Positions 1-12,875 of a DNA stretch of 64,000 nt are shown here, piece after piece. The DNA is taken from assembly GCA_031835245.2 (NCBI GenBank), contig JAVKOQ020000099.1, positions 1 through 64,000 on the forward strand, in the 5' to 3' direction. Each line of letters starts with the position of its first letter. Position 1 is the stretch's first letter. The translations under genes were made by a program, and so were the position numbers. Source of the DNA: Balamuthia mandrillaris. Taxonomy: Eukaryota. A model generated the notes under the pieces. The model saw only the letters and a program-made list of their open reading frames with translations, ran no database searches and had not been told where the DNA came from.

Positions 1-1510
1 TTTTTTTTGTTTCCATCCTGATTAGTCTACTATGAACATGCAAAGTATGGCCATAACTGACATACTTCGAAGGTGGTCAGCTTCTTGTGTTCCAGGATCA
101 AAGTGTCGAACCCGCATCACTATGGCATCATGTCGTTAGACGGATCGAGGGAGTTGGTGCGTTTATGCTCTTTCTCCCCTCTCACCAGCAGTTGGGCTAA
201 CAAACACTCATTTCGAACGATGGCAAACCTTCCTAGAGCAACTCTGAAGTTCTCTCAGATTTAGGATTAGGGGTCAAGTTTCCAACTTGCAAGTTGCAGC
301 TTATCCAAAAGAATTTTCCACTGGGCACCGATCCTGTTGCTGGTTTGTTCCTCCTCTCAAAGTTGCCTCTTCTCGTGTGTTTTGTTATGGAGGGGAGGGA
401 GCTAGAGATCACAGTTCTTTATCTCCAGCTCACCCTTTAAATGTACCTCCGAACACAGACAAGAAACTTGTGGTCAGCCTGCTCAACGACCTCATCGCCA
501 ACGCAGTGGATATTGTTCGCCAGAGAAAGGAGCAGCGGGTACAGAGTATTTGTCAACAAATAGTTCTTTCGATTGTAGAACACGTGTGCTTTGAATGTGA
601 AAGAGCCAACACTATCCCTCCTCGCGTTGCCCTTCTCAGTGGCGAAGCAAGAAAGCAATTCTATGAACGCCTTGCTTATCATGAGAAACAAGAGTTTGCC
701 CTTTGCCCAATGTAAGTCTCCTCTCTTCTCTCTCTTTCTCTCTCTTGGCTTCATTGGCTAGATGGAAGCTTACAATTAGCATCTGTGCAATCAGAAACGC
801 CTACAAACGAATAACAAGTAAAACAAAAGATGCAGCAATAACACCACTGCAGCTACCCCACTCCCTACAAAACAACCTCAACCGCTACATTGCGGGGGCT
901 CCCCTTCCACCATCCGCAACAGCTGGGCAAGCAGTTGGTGGTTTCCCAGACCGCAAATTCGGTTATATTCCACCCCAACAACCCTTGCCCATTCCTACCC
1001 TCCGCAAAGTGAAAGGGGCCACATTGCTCAACACCGCCGCTGGCGTCACTCAAAGCGACATTCAAAACCAGAAAAGGTTCCTGTTCTTGCCCCCCCTCCT
1101 CCCTTTCTCTGTTTGGCTACATGCAGCAACCGACTGACGATGTTGGTGATGCACCCACCGGCAGTGCTCTCCGCACAGCTAAGCCTGAACAAACACAAGC
1201 AGCAGCTCCAATACCAAGAAGAAGGCCAAGCTTCTCGTTAATACAGGCTGGCACAGAGGAGCTAATGTCCAAACTGAAAAGACGTAACGAGGTCATACGC
1301 TCTGCGGCCACAGGAGGAGCACCAGCACCACAACCATTGCCTCTTCCAACAGGAGGGAGCATGCCTGTGCCGGCTTCCTACCAGCTGCATCCTCTCCCGC
1401 CGATACAACAACAACCTTCGCCCCTCTTGATAGAGGAGTTAGAGGAGATAGGAGAAGAAGTAGAAGAGGAGGAAGAAGATGTTGAGGAAGAGGAAGGGGT
1501 AGAGGTGTAG
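1..1510 (+). CDS. 3' part of a multi-exon gene (possibly degraded) for an unknown Pro-rich protein with an acidic C-terminal tail
   Basis: Plus-strand ORF pieces separated by GT..AG pyrimidine-rich gaps. The last exon ends ...IEELEEIGEEVEEEEEDVEEEEGVEV* at 1510. No recognisable domain, and an in-frame stop is seen in the first exon-like piece. Confidence 0.35.
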
Positions 1511-1670
1511 TTTGCACTGTTGTATTTGTGTTGTGGCTTGTGAAGTTTGTTGTTGTCTAGGAATATTGTGTTTCTTCTTTCTTTTCGGGTTAAGCACCAA
1601 AAAATACTCACAAAAAGATAGAGGAAAGCAAACGAGAAGAACTGAAAACAAAAGAGGAGGCAGGTAGCAA

Positions 1671-3552
1671 CTAGAACTCGCAGTGCCTGGGGTATCTGGG
1701 GAACGGAATGGCATCTCGGATGTTATCAACGCCGGTTGTATACAGCACAAGGCGTTCAAAGCCAACACCAAAACCTGAATGAGGGACCGTGCCGAACCTA
1801 CGGAGGTCCAGGTAGGGAGCGTAAGCCTGTTCATCAAGGCCTGGCGTCGACCTTATCCTAAAAACATCAAAGAAAAAAGGAGAAAGAAAATGGGAGCATG
1901 AGTAAGAGTGGGTGGTAATATGCTATAAATGCAGAACGTACTTTTCAAGCAACTTCTCAAGCCTTTCCTCCCTCTGACTGCCACCCATAAGCTCTCCTAC
2001 TTTGGGGACCAAGACATCCATGGCGGCAACGGTCTTACCGTCCTCGTTGAGACGCATGTAGAAGGCCTTGATGTCCTTAGGGTAGTCGGTAACGATGACA
2101 GGACCCTTGTAGATGTTTTCGGTGATGTAGCGCTCGTGCTCAGAGGACAAGTCAATGCCCCACTCAACAGGGTGCTCGAACTTGGCTCCTGATTTGATGA
2201 GCTGCTCCACAGCGGAGGTGTAGGTGATCCTCCTGAAAGGTGTGCTGACGACCTCCTCAAGCCTTTTCACGAGTCCGGGCTTCTGTTGCTTCTCAAAGTA
2301 CTGAAGATCATCCATGCAGTTGTCAAGGACATATTGAATGACAAACTTCAAGAAATCTTCCGCCAGATCCATGTTGTCATGAATGTCTCCGAAAGCAATC
2401 TCCGGCTCAATCATCCAAAACTCAGCCAAGTGGCGAGCAGTGTTGGAGTCCTCAGCCCTGAAAGTGGGCCCAAAGGTGTAAACGTTGCTGAGGGCACAGG
2501 CGTAGTGCTCGGCGTTGAGCTGTCCGCTGACAGTGAGGAAAGCAGGTTTAGAGAAAAAGTCGGCCGCGTAGTCAATGTCCCCTGTGTTGGTTGTTGGAAT
2601 GTCGCTGGTCTTTTTTGCTTTGGAGAGCAGTGTGGTCACTTGGAACATTTCTCCAGCGCCCTCGCAGTCAGAGGCCGTGATGAGAGGTGTATGCACATAC
2701 AAGAAACCTCTCTCTTGGAAAAACTTGTGCACGGCAAATGCCAACGCGTTACGAACTCTGGCCACTGAACCGATCTGCAACAGAATTCAGAATTGTGAGG
2801 TGGATAGGAAGAAGGGAATGGGATAAAGCAATGGTGCGGAAGAACGTACAAAGTTAGTCCTAGGACGAAGATGAGCAATGGTACGCAAAAACTCAAGGGA
2901 GTGCTCCTTTTTGGCCAGGGGATAGGCATCCGGGTGAGCGGTACCAACCAAAGCCACCTCGTAGACAAGCAGTTCCACCTTCTGACCCTTTCCTTTGCTC
3001 TGCACGAGACGGCCACGGGCGCAGATGGAGGAACCGGTGTAGCCGTTCTTGGACAGGTCGTCAAAGCCAGGGCGACTCTTGTCCACCACCAATTGAAGGC
3101 CTTGCAGAGTAGAACCGTCATTCAACTCCACAAAGGCAAACGCTCCCTTGCCCTGAACGCGCATGGTTCGGACCCAACCAGCCACTGTGATGACTTGACC
3201 AATGAGCTTCTCGCCCTTGTCCTTGCGGCCAAGGATTTCTTTGATGACCAAGCGACCAGCAAAGATGTGGCGGCCGCTGGGCTTTTCTAACTCAAGGCGA
3301 CTCTGAAGGTCCTTGGTCGCTGCGCGCAACTGGTTTTGGTTAAGCACAGTGGGACCCCAGGTGAGTGTCTACTCCGAAAACAAAAAGCAGCAACAGAAAG
3401 AGAGACACGAGAAGAGGAAAAGGGGAGTGCACGTGTCCACATACCCTTTTGATTTCCTCGAGAGCTTCCTCCAGGGTCTTGGGTTGTTCTTCCTCCTCGG
3501 AAGGGGAACCCTCCACTTCCTTGTTCTTCTCTTCCTTGAAGTGGTCCGACAT
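1671..3552 (-). CDS. asnS: Asparaginyl-tRNA synthetase (bacterial/organellar-type class IIb), 4 exons
   Basis: OB-fold ([17 protein letters not shown]), [39 protein letters not shown] and [11 protein letters not shown]. Last exon [22 protein letters not shown]...IPFPR, stop at 1671-1673. Confidence 0.93.
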
Positions 3553-3986
3553 TTTCTGTGGTGGTGGTGGTGGTGGGTGGTGGTGGTGGTGGTGGTTTGC
3601 TCGGGGCAGCAGTCACTCAGGGGTGGGTTGGGCAGTCGTAGGGACGAAAGTGAAGTGTTGCTTGCGTTGGCGAAACGAAAAAAAAAAAAGGGGGGGAGGG
3701 TAAGTGGTGGGTGGTGCTGGTTAAGGCGGCGGCCTGAATGACGTGCTTGAGGAGCGGTGAGTGGAGGGTGGCAGACCAGAAACACAAGCATGACATCACC
3801 AGCCGAGATAATAGCCCCCCCACAAATTTGTAACTCCCCTCTCACTTAGCGGCAGAAGAAGAAGAAAGACCGCCACTAGCCCCACCCACCCTCCCTCTCC
3901 AGCATCCCACCCGCAAAAACAACCCTCCTCCGCTTCTCCCTCCTCTCACCGCCATCATCAACAGTGGGCATCCCCCTTCAATAACA

Positions 3987-6900
3987 ATGCAACAAGCAGC
4001 CGGAGGAGGGAGCCGCCGAGGACCGCCTCCCTCCTTGCCACCGCCACAAGGGCGCTCTCAGTTACCATCAGTAATGCCTTCTCATGCTATTAGCGCTGCT
4101 GGGACCTCTGGGGGTGGTGGTGCACCTCCGAAGCCACTGCCACAACCACGACCACGACAGCAAATGCAAGCACATTTGCCCACAGCTGCTTCCACTGCTC
4201 CCTCCAACCAAACAGCAGCTGCGGCGGTGCGTAGCCCAGTGGAAGGCGGGGGAGGGCATTTGCTCGGGCGAGCTTATGGCTCTGCAAGAGCTCTGCGTCA
4301 CCCCACTAAGAGCACCGCCCTTGCTGCCGCCCCTACTCCAACCATTACCTCTGATACAGCCAGGAGTGGTGCTGCCGCTGTTCCCAAAAGTGCACCCCCA
4401 CGTCCTCCTAGGACACGTTCCCATGATACCATCTCACGCCATGTTGTTTCCCCTGAACTATCTCACCAGCAGGAGCACCACCTCCAACAGCAGCAGCATA
4501 GCCACAGCTACCGCCCTAGCCTTCATACGAATACAAATGCCAACAACAGCAACAACAACACCAACGTTAACCCTCCTACTACCACGAAAATAGTGGCAGC
4601 CGTATCTACGGATTCCTCTACTCCATTACCAACCAACCAAGGCGCTAGTACGGCCTCCGTCTTAACCACTGCTGCTACTACCACCCTCCCGAGCAGCTCT
4701 ACTGCCAATACCACCAGTACTGCTGAGACAGGTTCCACTCTGAAGAAGCTGTTTCTTCCCTGGTCTTCACTTAGGAATGATAGCAACAACAACCAGTTCT
4801 CAATATCATCTCCTTCCAACTTTAGGCGCATAGGCAAGGCCAATGATACCACCGTTCCATCCCCTGCCCCACCTCCATCCGCTAGCGCTGCGAACACTCT
4901 GTTGCCAACAACAGGTAGCAGCAGTTCTTCTTCTGCTCGCTCTCCCTCTTCTTCCTCCGTCTTGATAGCGTCATCTGTAGCACCAACTGTCTCTGCACCT
5001 AAACTTATCAGTTACACCCGCCGCCGTCGAAGGTTCGTTCATTATCTATCTTCTTGTGTTTTCCTTCCTGTTTCTGTGAGGTGTGAGTGTTCAAAAACCA
5101 ACAAATAAATGCAGCCGGAGCTTGGATGGTGGCGATGATCCCAGAAAACTAGGAGCAAGAGGAGGCACAGCAGCAAACAGAGGAGGAGAAACGGGCCGCA
5201 GCCATCGTACGGGTGTAACGACGTCCGGCACGATGCGGGCTACATCCACCGCCAGGAGCCCACCCGACAAGAGACCAATGGGTCCCGGTTCAACCCAGGA
5301 GGAATTTCCACCACGACCACCGCCTTCCCAACTGCTTGGGGCGACCACAAAAGTTAGATCAGGAACAACGATCGCGGCTGCTCGTTCATTACATAGGACC
5401 ACCGCCAACGTCAACCCTCCAACAACTACAGTACATCGTGCAGTAGAAAAAACAGCATCAATAAGTAAAGTGGAAGATAAAGTGGAGGTAGATGAGCTGA
5501 AGCGGTATGGTTGGGTTAGGGTTGTTCTAGCGGGAGACGATGAACGAGAGGAGGAGATCGATGTCGCGAAAGAGCTCTCATTAACCAATAGTTTGGAGGA
5601 GCGAGGAAAAGGAGAAGGCCAGAAGGTGACCTTATCTACTATCAAGGAAGGAAGAGCTACAACAAGCAGGCCTAATAGCGGCTCTAGCGGTACCAGTGAT
5701 GATGGCAACGGCAGTGGTGGCAGTGGAGATATTGCCAAGGACAGGAATGACATGGTGTCCGAGTCAGATGACAGAAGTGGATGGGTAAAACGTCTGATAC
5801 AGCAAGAGCAAGAGCGGCTACGGCGTCTGCCTTTCATCCCATCTGGCGCGGATAACGACTCTGTTGTTGGTGCAGGAAAGTCCCCCAAAGAAACGGATAG
5901 CTACGAAGAAGGAAAAGAAGAACAGAAAGAAGAAGAGAAAGAAGAACTGGAATTGGAGGAAACCAGCGATAAGCCCGCCCGCAAAAAGGAAGTTATGATG
6001 AGACACAGGATGAGGCAGGGTATACGTTACGCCATCGAACTATCTCTGCAGCGCCACCCTATCACCCGCTTTCCGGATATACATGGCGCTGCTGCCTACT
6101 ACGGTGCTTCAATCGCGGCTTTGGCCAAAGAAATGTCATCCTTCCTCGGCATGAACAAACAACCCAACTCCAAGCAACAACAACAACACGAACAACCCAC
6201 AGCACGCCCTCCCCTATTACCACAACGACCAAATGTTGCTGATCGCCGTTTCGTTGAGGAGGACTTTAAGGACAAAAACACGTTTACCTTGAAGAAGGAC
6301 GAAGACAAGTTTGTTTTTCGAGAGTATGCCCCTCTTGTTTTCCGAGAGCTTCGGCACAGAGCTGGCTTTAGCGAGGACGATTATGTGGTTTGTATTTATA
6401 ACTTTCTCGCTCTCCATTAAGTTGCTGATGCACACAAAGCGTTCTGTTTGTAAAGAAGGATTTTCAGACTTGGCATTCTCGGGCAAAAGTGGCAATTTTT
6501 TGTACATAACAAAGGACAACCAATTTGGTATGCTATCAATAATCAGAGTGTTTGTATGTTACCAAGTATGACTTACCTTTTGGGTATTCTCCTTTACTGC
6601 TAGTTCTTAAAACTATGCCGCCTGCTGAAACTAAATTTCTAAGACGGATACTCACTCATTACTATGAGGTAAGCTATCATCTTCAACCTGTTAAGTTTGT
6701 TTGGGTTGCGTTGTTCGCTGGTAACTGATTCTCTTGGAAAAGCATCTATGTAAAGATGGGGAGTCTTTGTTAACGCGGTTTGTGGGAATGTATCGCATGA
6801 AAATGTCAGCTGTAGACGAAGTTCGCTTTATAGTAATGCTAAACATTTTTGCAACTCCAAAGAAGATCCACGAGCGGTATGACTTGAAGGTAAGTGTAGT

Positions 6901-7610
6901 AAGTGTGGAAATAAGAGAGCTGTGATCAATCTTTGAAATTTACACTAGGGATCTACTGTGGGAAGGCAGACATTATTTTCATGTACGATGGATAAACCTA
7001 TAGACGCCCTCATGTTAAAAGATTTGGATCTGATAGGCCGCTTCCGGATGGCTCTTGGTACAGAGCGCAAAGCACGATTTGTATCACTCCTCCAAAGAGA
7101 TGCAGAGGTATCCCAGTCACCTATGGCATTCTGTATACATGCTCTGTTCTTGGATTAATTACTCTCTCCCTCTCCTATCTCCTCTCTCGCTCTCTCTCCT
7201 CTCTCTCCAGTTCTTGGCAAGCTTTGGCATTATAGACTACAGCTTGTTGCTGGGCGTCCACTTCTTGGATAGAGAAGAAAATGAACCAGTGATAACCCCA
7301 CTAAGGTAAAGTGCATCGTGCATTGCTAACTATTCAGCTCGTAGTAACTTTTTTGTTTTTTTGTATTCAAAACAGTGCCACTCAACTGAAAAGAGCAGAC
7401 GGGGGCATCTTTGCCAGCGACAACGACCGAATGCCAAAGAACGCCATTTATTACTGCGCCATAATTGACATACTGCAACCCTACAACACCAAAAAAGTGC
7501 TGGAGCACAACATGAAGGCCTTGGTTTACAACAAAGACGGTATTTCCGTCTGTTCTCCACAAAAGTATGTGGAACGGTTTCTTCGGTTCATAACCAACTA
7601 CATCGACTGA
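3987..7610 (+). CDS. Phosphatidylinositol-phosphate 5-kinase (PIP5K family) with a long low-complexity N-terminus, multi-exon
   Basis: Exon motifs FREYAPLVFRELR, SGKSGNFLYITKD, SLLTRFVGMY, IHERYDLKGS, LKDLD, IIDYSLLLG, IIDILQPYN and YVERFLRFI. Confidence 0.9.
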
Positions 7611-7718
7611 CGAATGGTTGCGGAAGGAGATTAAGGCGGCGCCCTATGTGTAACAAATACTGCTTTATTTGATCCTCCCTTTCGATACAATTTGGTGATT
7701 AGTGGGGCGGTGCTGCAC

Positions 7719-10563
7719 TTACTTGCTCGCCTTTCGTTTCAGAATGTCAATTTCAGACAAGAGCAACTGAACAGTTTGGTCAGTCTGTTGCTTGTTGACA
7801 AGCGCATGCCTGTGTTGTGCGTCCAACAGCTTTATCTCTTTGATTAATTGTTCGCTGGAACAGCCCTGAAAAAAAAGTTAGCAACCTCTGCTCATCAGCA
7901 GCAAGCCAGATGATGACAAGCCAGTAAATATATACCTTGTATTTTTTGTCAAGCTCATCCTCCTCTTTATCTTTGGACTTTTTCTGAACGAGGGACCTGT
8001 TGCTGATTGCCGCCTCAGAGCCACCGGCACCCTGGCCCCATGTTTTTCTTCTATCTGCCTTGGAGGTATTCTTCTGTTCGGTCCTTCTTGCCGGTACTGG
8101 GGAGCGTTGAGAGCCCGATTCCTGTTTCACAGCTGCAGGAATGGAGAGAATTTTTTTCATTTGGTCGAGAGAAAAGCAGCTTTGCTCCAAGCCCTTGATT
8201 GCTCTTTGTGCCTCATCAAGCTCTATCTTCATTTCTGCCATCTTCCTTGCATTAACATTCGTCCTGCGGATGGTAGCTTTGAGTTCCCTCTCTGTTTCAT
8301 CTATTCTTTCCTTTAGGGCCTCGAGGGCTGCTTTATCCCCCCAATCTGCAATCTTATCACCACCCAACCCCAGCGTCAAGTTCCTTTCCATCTCCAGTTC
8401 CTTCTTCAGTTGTTCGGCAAGTTTCTCCAATTCTGCCAACGACTGCTCGCCTGTTCCATCCTTCTTTGAGCTTGATTTTTCCTGCTGCCCTGCTCCCTCA
8501 GAGCCCGATGACCCTCCTCTCCGCTCTTTAGGCTTGTAAATGCCAAGCTCAGTGAGCATCTGCCGCAATACTTGTTTCGGTGAGGCAACGCTCTTCACGA
8601 AAGGGTGCTATTGTTTCAAGTTGCTCCCCAAGTAAGTAAGGTCATGAAAAAAAAAAAAAAAAAAGGATGCAAAAAAATGAGACAAACCTCAAGCAGCTCC
8701 GTGGAAGATGGTCGTTTAGCAGGATCCTTATCAAGACAATCCTCTATGAACTTGTTGAACTCCGGAGACCATTTGCTGGGCTCTTTCAGTCGCGGTGGCG
8801 GTCCACTCAATATCTTGGCCATTGCCTTTTCGCATTGGTTTGTGAGTATCGGAACGCTCATCAAAGAAATTAATAAGGCATTACCTTCATCAAACTTTCT
8901 TTCTGGTGTGGGGGTTCGCCTTCAGCCATTTCAATAGCAGTAACACCAAGTGACCATATATCTGCTTTTTCATTGTAGCTCTCTCCATCCAGAACTTCTG
9001 GACTCCTAACGTCACCTATCATCAGCAAAGAGCGAGCAAGCGAGAGGAGAGAGGAGAGAGGAGAGAGGAGAGAGGAGGGAGAGAGGAGAGAGGAGAGAGA
9101 GAGAGGAGAGAGGAGAGAGGAGAGGGAGAGAGCAGAGAGGAGAGAGGAGAGAGTGAGTAGAGGAGAGAGGAGAGAGCAGAGAGCAGAGAGCAGAGAGGCA
9201 GAGAGCAGAGAAAGCAGAGAGCAGAGAGTGTAGAGCAGAGAGCAGAGAGCAGAGAGCAGAGAGCAGAGAGCAGAGAGTGAGAGCAGAGAGGAGAAAGCAG
9301 AGAGCAGAGAGCAGAGAGCAGAGAGCAGAGAGCAGAGAGGAGAGAGGAGAGAGGAGAGAGGAGAGAGCAGAGAGCAGAGAGCAGAGAGCAGAGAGCAGAG
9401 AGCAGAGAGCAGAGAGCAGAGAGCAGAGAGCAGAGGGAATATTACATCCACAAAGGAGTTCCAACGGTTGTTTGGACGGTGGCATGATCTTTGACTTGAG
9501 CAGAAACACCAAAGTCGGCTGTTTCAAATAAAAGGAGTCAGGCACGATATTTAAACAAAAGAAACAAAGTCAAACAAAAGACAAACCAAGTTTCGTTCGG
9601 CCTTGCTCATTTAAAAGTATGTTGGCGGCTACAATGGTGAAGAGTCAGTAAAAACATACCTGGCTAAACAAAGTTATTATGGCATGAAATACCTTTAATG
9701 TCGCGATGAATGATGTGCTTTGAATGAAGATATACAAGCCCTCTGAGACTCTCTGCCAAAATAGCAGCTATTTGCTCCTCTTTGAGGACAGGAGGGCTCA
9801 TTTTACCCATCAAATCATTCACAGCACCTCCGCCGCAAAAGTCCATTAATATCTGTGAATGAACAGGAAGCGCATGTAAATGAAGGAAAGCACCTTTCAG
9901 AACAAAAAGGAGAAAGGAGAAGGAAAAAAAGAAGCATACCCAAAGGGTTTTGCCTTTAGGGCAACAGCCGTAGTATTGTACAATATGTTTGTGTTTGCAC
10001 TGTTTCAAAATTTCAATCTCCTTTTCTACAGACTCTGCGGCGGGTCCCAAGTTGCTCATGCTTTTGATAGCCATTACCAGCCCTGATGCCTTATGTTTGC
10101 CTTTATATACAGATCCGTACGCCCTATAGATACAAAGATGGTCTCGTCAAAACAAAAAAAAAGCAACAAGCGAGTAAAGAAGCCCTCACCACCCGTGGGA
10201 AAATGGACGAAAAATAAATCAATAAACAAAAGAAGGGAAAACGACGAACCCTTGGCCTAGTTTGTCTCCTAACTCGAACTGTTCGGAAGGGTCGCCGCCC
10301 TCTCCCCCCCATTTATAACTTGTGTCTACGTGCACTTTATGTACAGCGGGGCCTGTTGGGGCTGAGATCTGAAACGTGTTCTTGGTGGAAAGTCGCCAGG
10401 TTCCACGTTTGCCTTGGTGGTGTTTGGAGGGGGGAAGGGGATAATAGATTATTTGGTTGGGCTGGGAAACTGTCCATACCAGAAAGAAAACAAACGAACC
10501 AGGGTCTTGGTTGAGCCGCGCAGCATTCTCAAATTTTTGGGCCAAGCCTTTCACGCGTTCCAT
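7719..10563 (-). CDS. STE20/PAK-like Ser/Thr kinase with an N-terminal CRIB motif and a C-terminal coiled coil, multi-exon
   Basis: CRIB-like [14 protein letters not shown]. Kinase motifs [48 protein letters not shown] and [13 protein letters not shown]. Coiled-coil tail ends at TAA 7719-7721. Confidence 0.88.
9040..9435. repeat. Intronic (AGAGCAG)n/(AGAGG)n microsatellite array
   Basis: Visible tandem 5- to 7-mer purine array inside a kinase intron. Confidence 0.95.
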
Positions 10564-10697
10564 CCTCGCAACCAACTCTTATTCCTGGTCTGTTTGCTGG
10601 CGTTACACCTGTGTTGGAAAGGGCAGGAAGGCAGCTGGCCACTGCTACTTGCTGGCGTTACCGCTGCCTGCTAATTAATTGTGCTTTTTTTTCGGCC

Positions 10698-11727
10698 AAG
10701 ATCATAAGATCTAAGGACAACAATCCTGAATTGTCTTTTGGGCCAATGAGCATGTTTCCCGCCAAAACAACCCTTCCTTCTCCAACTTAAGTGGAACCAC
10801 GTCTGTGAAGGCAAGGTGGTGGGTTGGGGTGGTGGGGTGAATCGTCATTCCCCTTGACACTTTTCTGCTGCTCGTTTTCTTTCTCTTCTCTTCTCTTCTC
10901 TTCTCTTCTCTTCTCTTCTCTTCTCTTCTCTTCTCTTCTCTTCTCTTCTCTCTTCTCTTCTCTTCTCTTCTCTTCTCTTCTCTTCTCTTCTCTTCTCTTC
11001 TCTTCTCTTCTCTTCTCTTCTCTTCTCTTCTCTTCTCTTCTCTTCTCTTCTCTTTCTTTTCAAAAGTAAACACACACATCCACGAAGCTCCATGCACCAC
11101 CGTATTTCTGATAGCTACACTTCTACTGCACAAGGAGGAAACCAGCGGAAGGAGGCAGAGGTGGAAACCGAAGCAGGTCAGCCGCAGGCAGGGGCACTGC
11201 TCCGATTGAAAAGGTTGCGTTCTTTTTTCTCTGCTCTCACTAATAAATTCTTTGTTTTTTTAAAAGCATCACGAACCTTTGTGCGCCTCTTCCACAACGC
11301 TACTGGAAGCTGGCCTGAAATGCAAGCTGCCCACAGTGCGGAAAAAAGTTTACTTCCTCTCTCGGGTTGGCCATCCACTTCGGTCGGGTCCACAAGGAAG
11401 GGGGTCGGGCCACTACTTCTGCTACATCCACTGCTACTCGGAAAAGAAGAGCGGAAAACGCCCCAGCAGCACCCCAGTCAAGGGCACAGAAGCATGGAAG
11501 GCCACAGGCTGCACCCGCCCAGACCTTTTGGAACCAGTTTTCCGGCGAAATCGGGAGAATCTTGATACACCCCGAGGGACTCGTTCCGTCTCGCCCAGCT
11601 GTACAGCTCACCAAAAAAGGCAAGAACGGAGAAGATCCGCCTTTATCCGCGCTCGGAACAAAAGAAGACGCTGGCCAAGTGGTTCAGCGCTGCACGATGG
11701 ACCTACAACAAGGCCGTGGAGTTCCAT
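10698..11727 (+). mobile_element. Truncated, decayed copy of the 5' half of the Fanzor element (paralog of 40147-41375)
   Basis: Colinear from AAGATCATAAGATCTAAGGACAACAA (10698 vs 40147) to ...TACAACAAGGCCGTGGAGTT (11727 vs 41375). Start codon lost, internal deletions, one frameshift, no RuvC part. Confidence 0.92.
10879..11055. repeat. (TCTTC)n microsatellite inside the decayed Fanzor copy
   Basis: Nearly perfect pentamer array. Only a short TC-rich seed is present at the equivalent position (~40366-40405) of the intact element. Confidence 0.95.
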
Positions 11728-11789
11728 CATCAGCTAACTTGCCCCAAGGCAAAACTGCGATGGGGCGGCACCGAGGCGTTTGCCAGAGA

Positions 11790-12875
11790 ACTTGACGCGG
11801 ACCCAGAGTTCAAAGCTGAGGTCATTTAATCTTATGGAGCCTTTACTGGTTTATTTTCAAGACACTCTGGGCGGAATTGTCTTTAGGGAGCCCTTGAGCA
11901 GCCTTCGATTTTGCTGTTCTTTTGGCCTACTTGGAAGAGGAGAAAAAACAGAGTGCCGAAATCTCCTCGCTCCCAGCCTTTTTTGATGAGGTTCGTCATC
12001 CGTTTCTCTCATCTTCCAGCTCTGTTGCGTCAATACTACGATGTCTGGGTCCTGCTTGGGCCATTACTCAAGCGCGCCTTTGTGTTTGTCACTGGCAAAC
12101 AGGCAGGCTTTTTGCTTAGGCCAGGGCTTGATTTCTACCCTAACGTCTCCTACGCCAATAATATCCATAGTGCTAGGGTCTTAGTGCAAAACACATTACT
12201 GAAATAGTTCTTCTTGCAAAAATGACAAACGACGTCCCTTTGTTCCAGCATTTGCAAGCTCATGGTCTAACTGAGGAGCTCCTCGAACCCTTATCCATAG
12301 CTCTTGAAAAGCGAACTGGGGGTGTACCACGTTTGCTGCATGCAGGTACCATCTCACCTGAGTCTGTCTTCTCACAAGTATGGCTGGTGTGATGTGTCCC
12401 TTCTTCTATGGGACAAATTCAAAAATGCCACCCGTTCCATTAAACTCAAGAACCAAAACTCCCTTTGATGCACACATTAAATGCATTGAACATCTATCTA
12501 CATCACTCCAAGGGTAGCAAACAGTTGGTCACCTTTTCCTTTGCAGACTATGTTGTGCAATACTTTGAGGAGCATACAACCCAATATGGAATGGACTACC
12601 AACTACCCTTAATCAAGCCACTACATTCCAACGTTTGTTTGAATAATGGTGCTCCTTTAGAGTTTTTGATTAGGGCCAACACAACAGCTCTTCTTGTTCC
12701 ACTGTTCAATTCCTCCAAAATTGTTAAAGGTCCTCTTCTCTTATCACATCAAGCTTATCTACCTCAAGTTGTTTCTGAACCCTTGACACTTAAAACACAA
12801 GATGAGCTACTGCTATTGAAAACAGAAATCTGGAGTGTTAAGGTTTTTTTGTTTCTTTTTTTATATTATGCTTAA
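11790..12875 (+). pseudogene. Degraded gene fragment, possibly a P-loop/STAND-type (Crinkler/RHS-like) relic
   Basis: Frameshifted coding-like pieces: ..AFFDEV.., ..FVFVTGK.. and LEKRTGGVPRLLH (~12303-12342; a GGxPR motif). Confidence 0.3.

Noticed and set aside
980..1510. WH2/VCA-like actin nucleation signature (LRKV, LMSKLKRR, acidic tail)
   Set aside because: Motifs are too short and the terminal Trp of an acidic Arp2/3-binding motif is absent.
8870..9545. Long ORFs of LSALCSL/RAESREQ repeats (similar ones at 10711-11133, 26594-27184, 35452-35832 and 37254-37643)
   Set aside because: Translations of microsatellites, not proteins.
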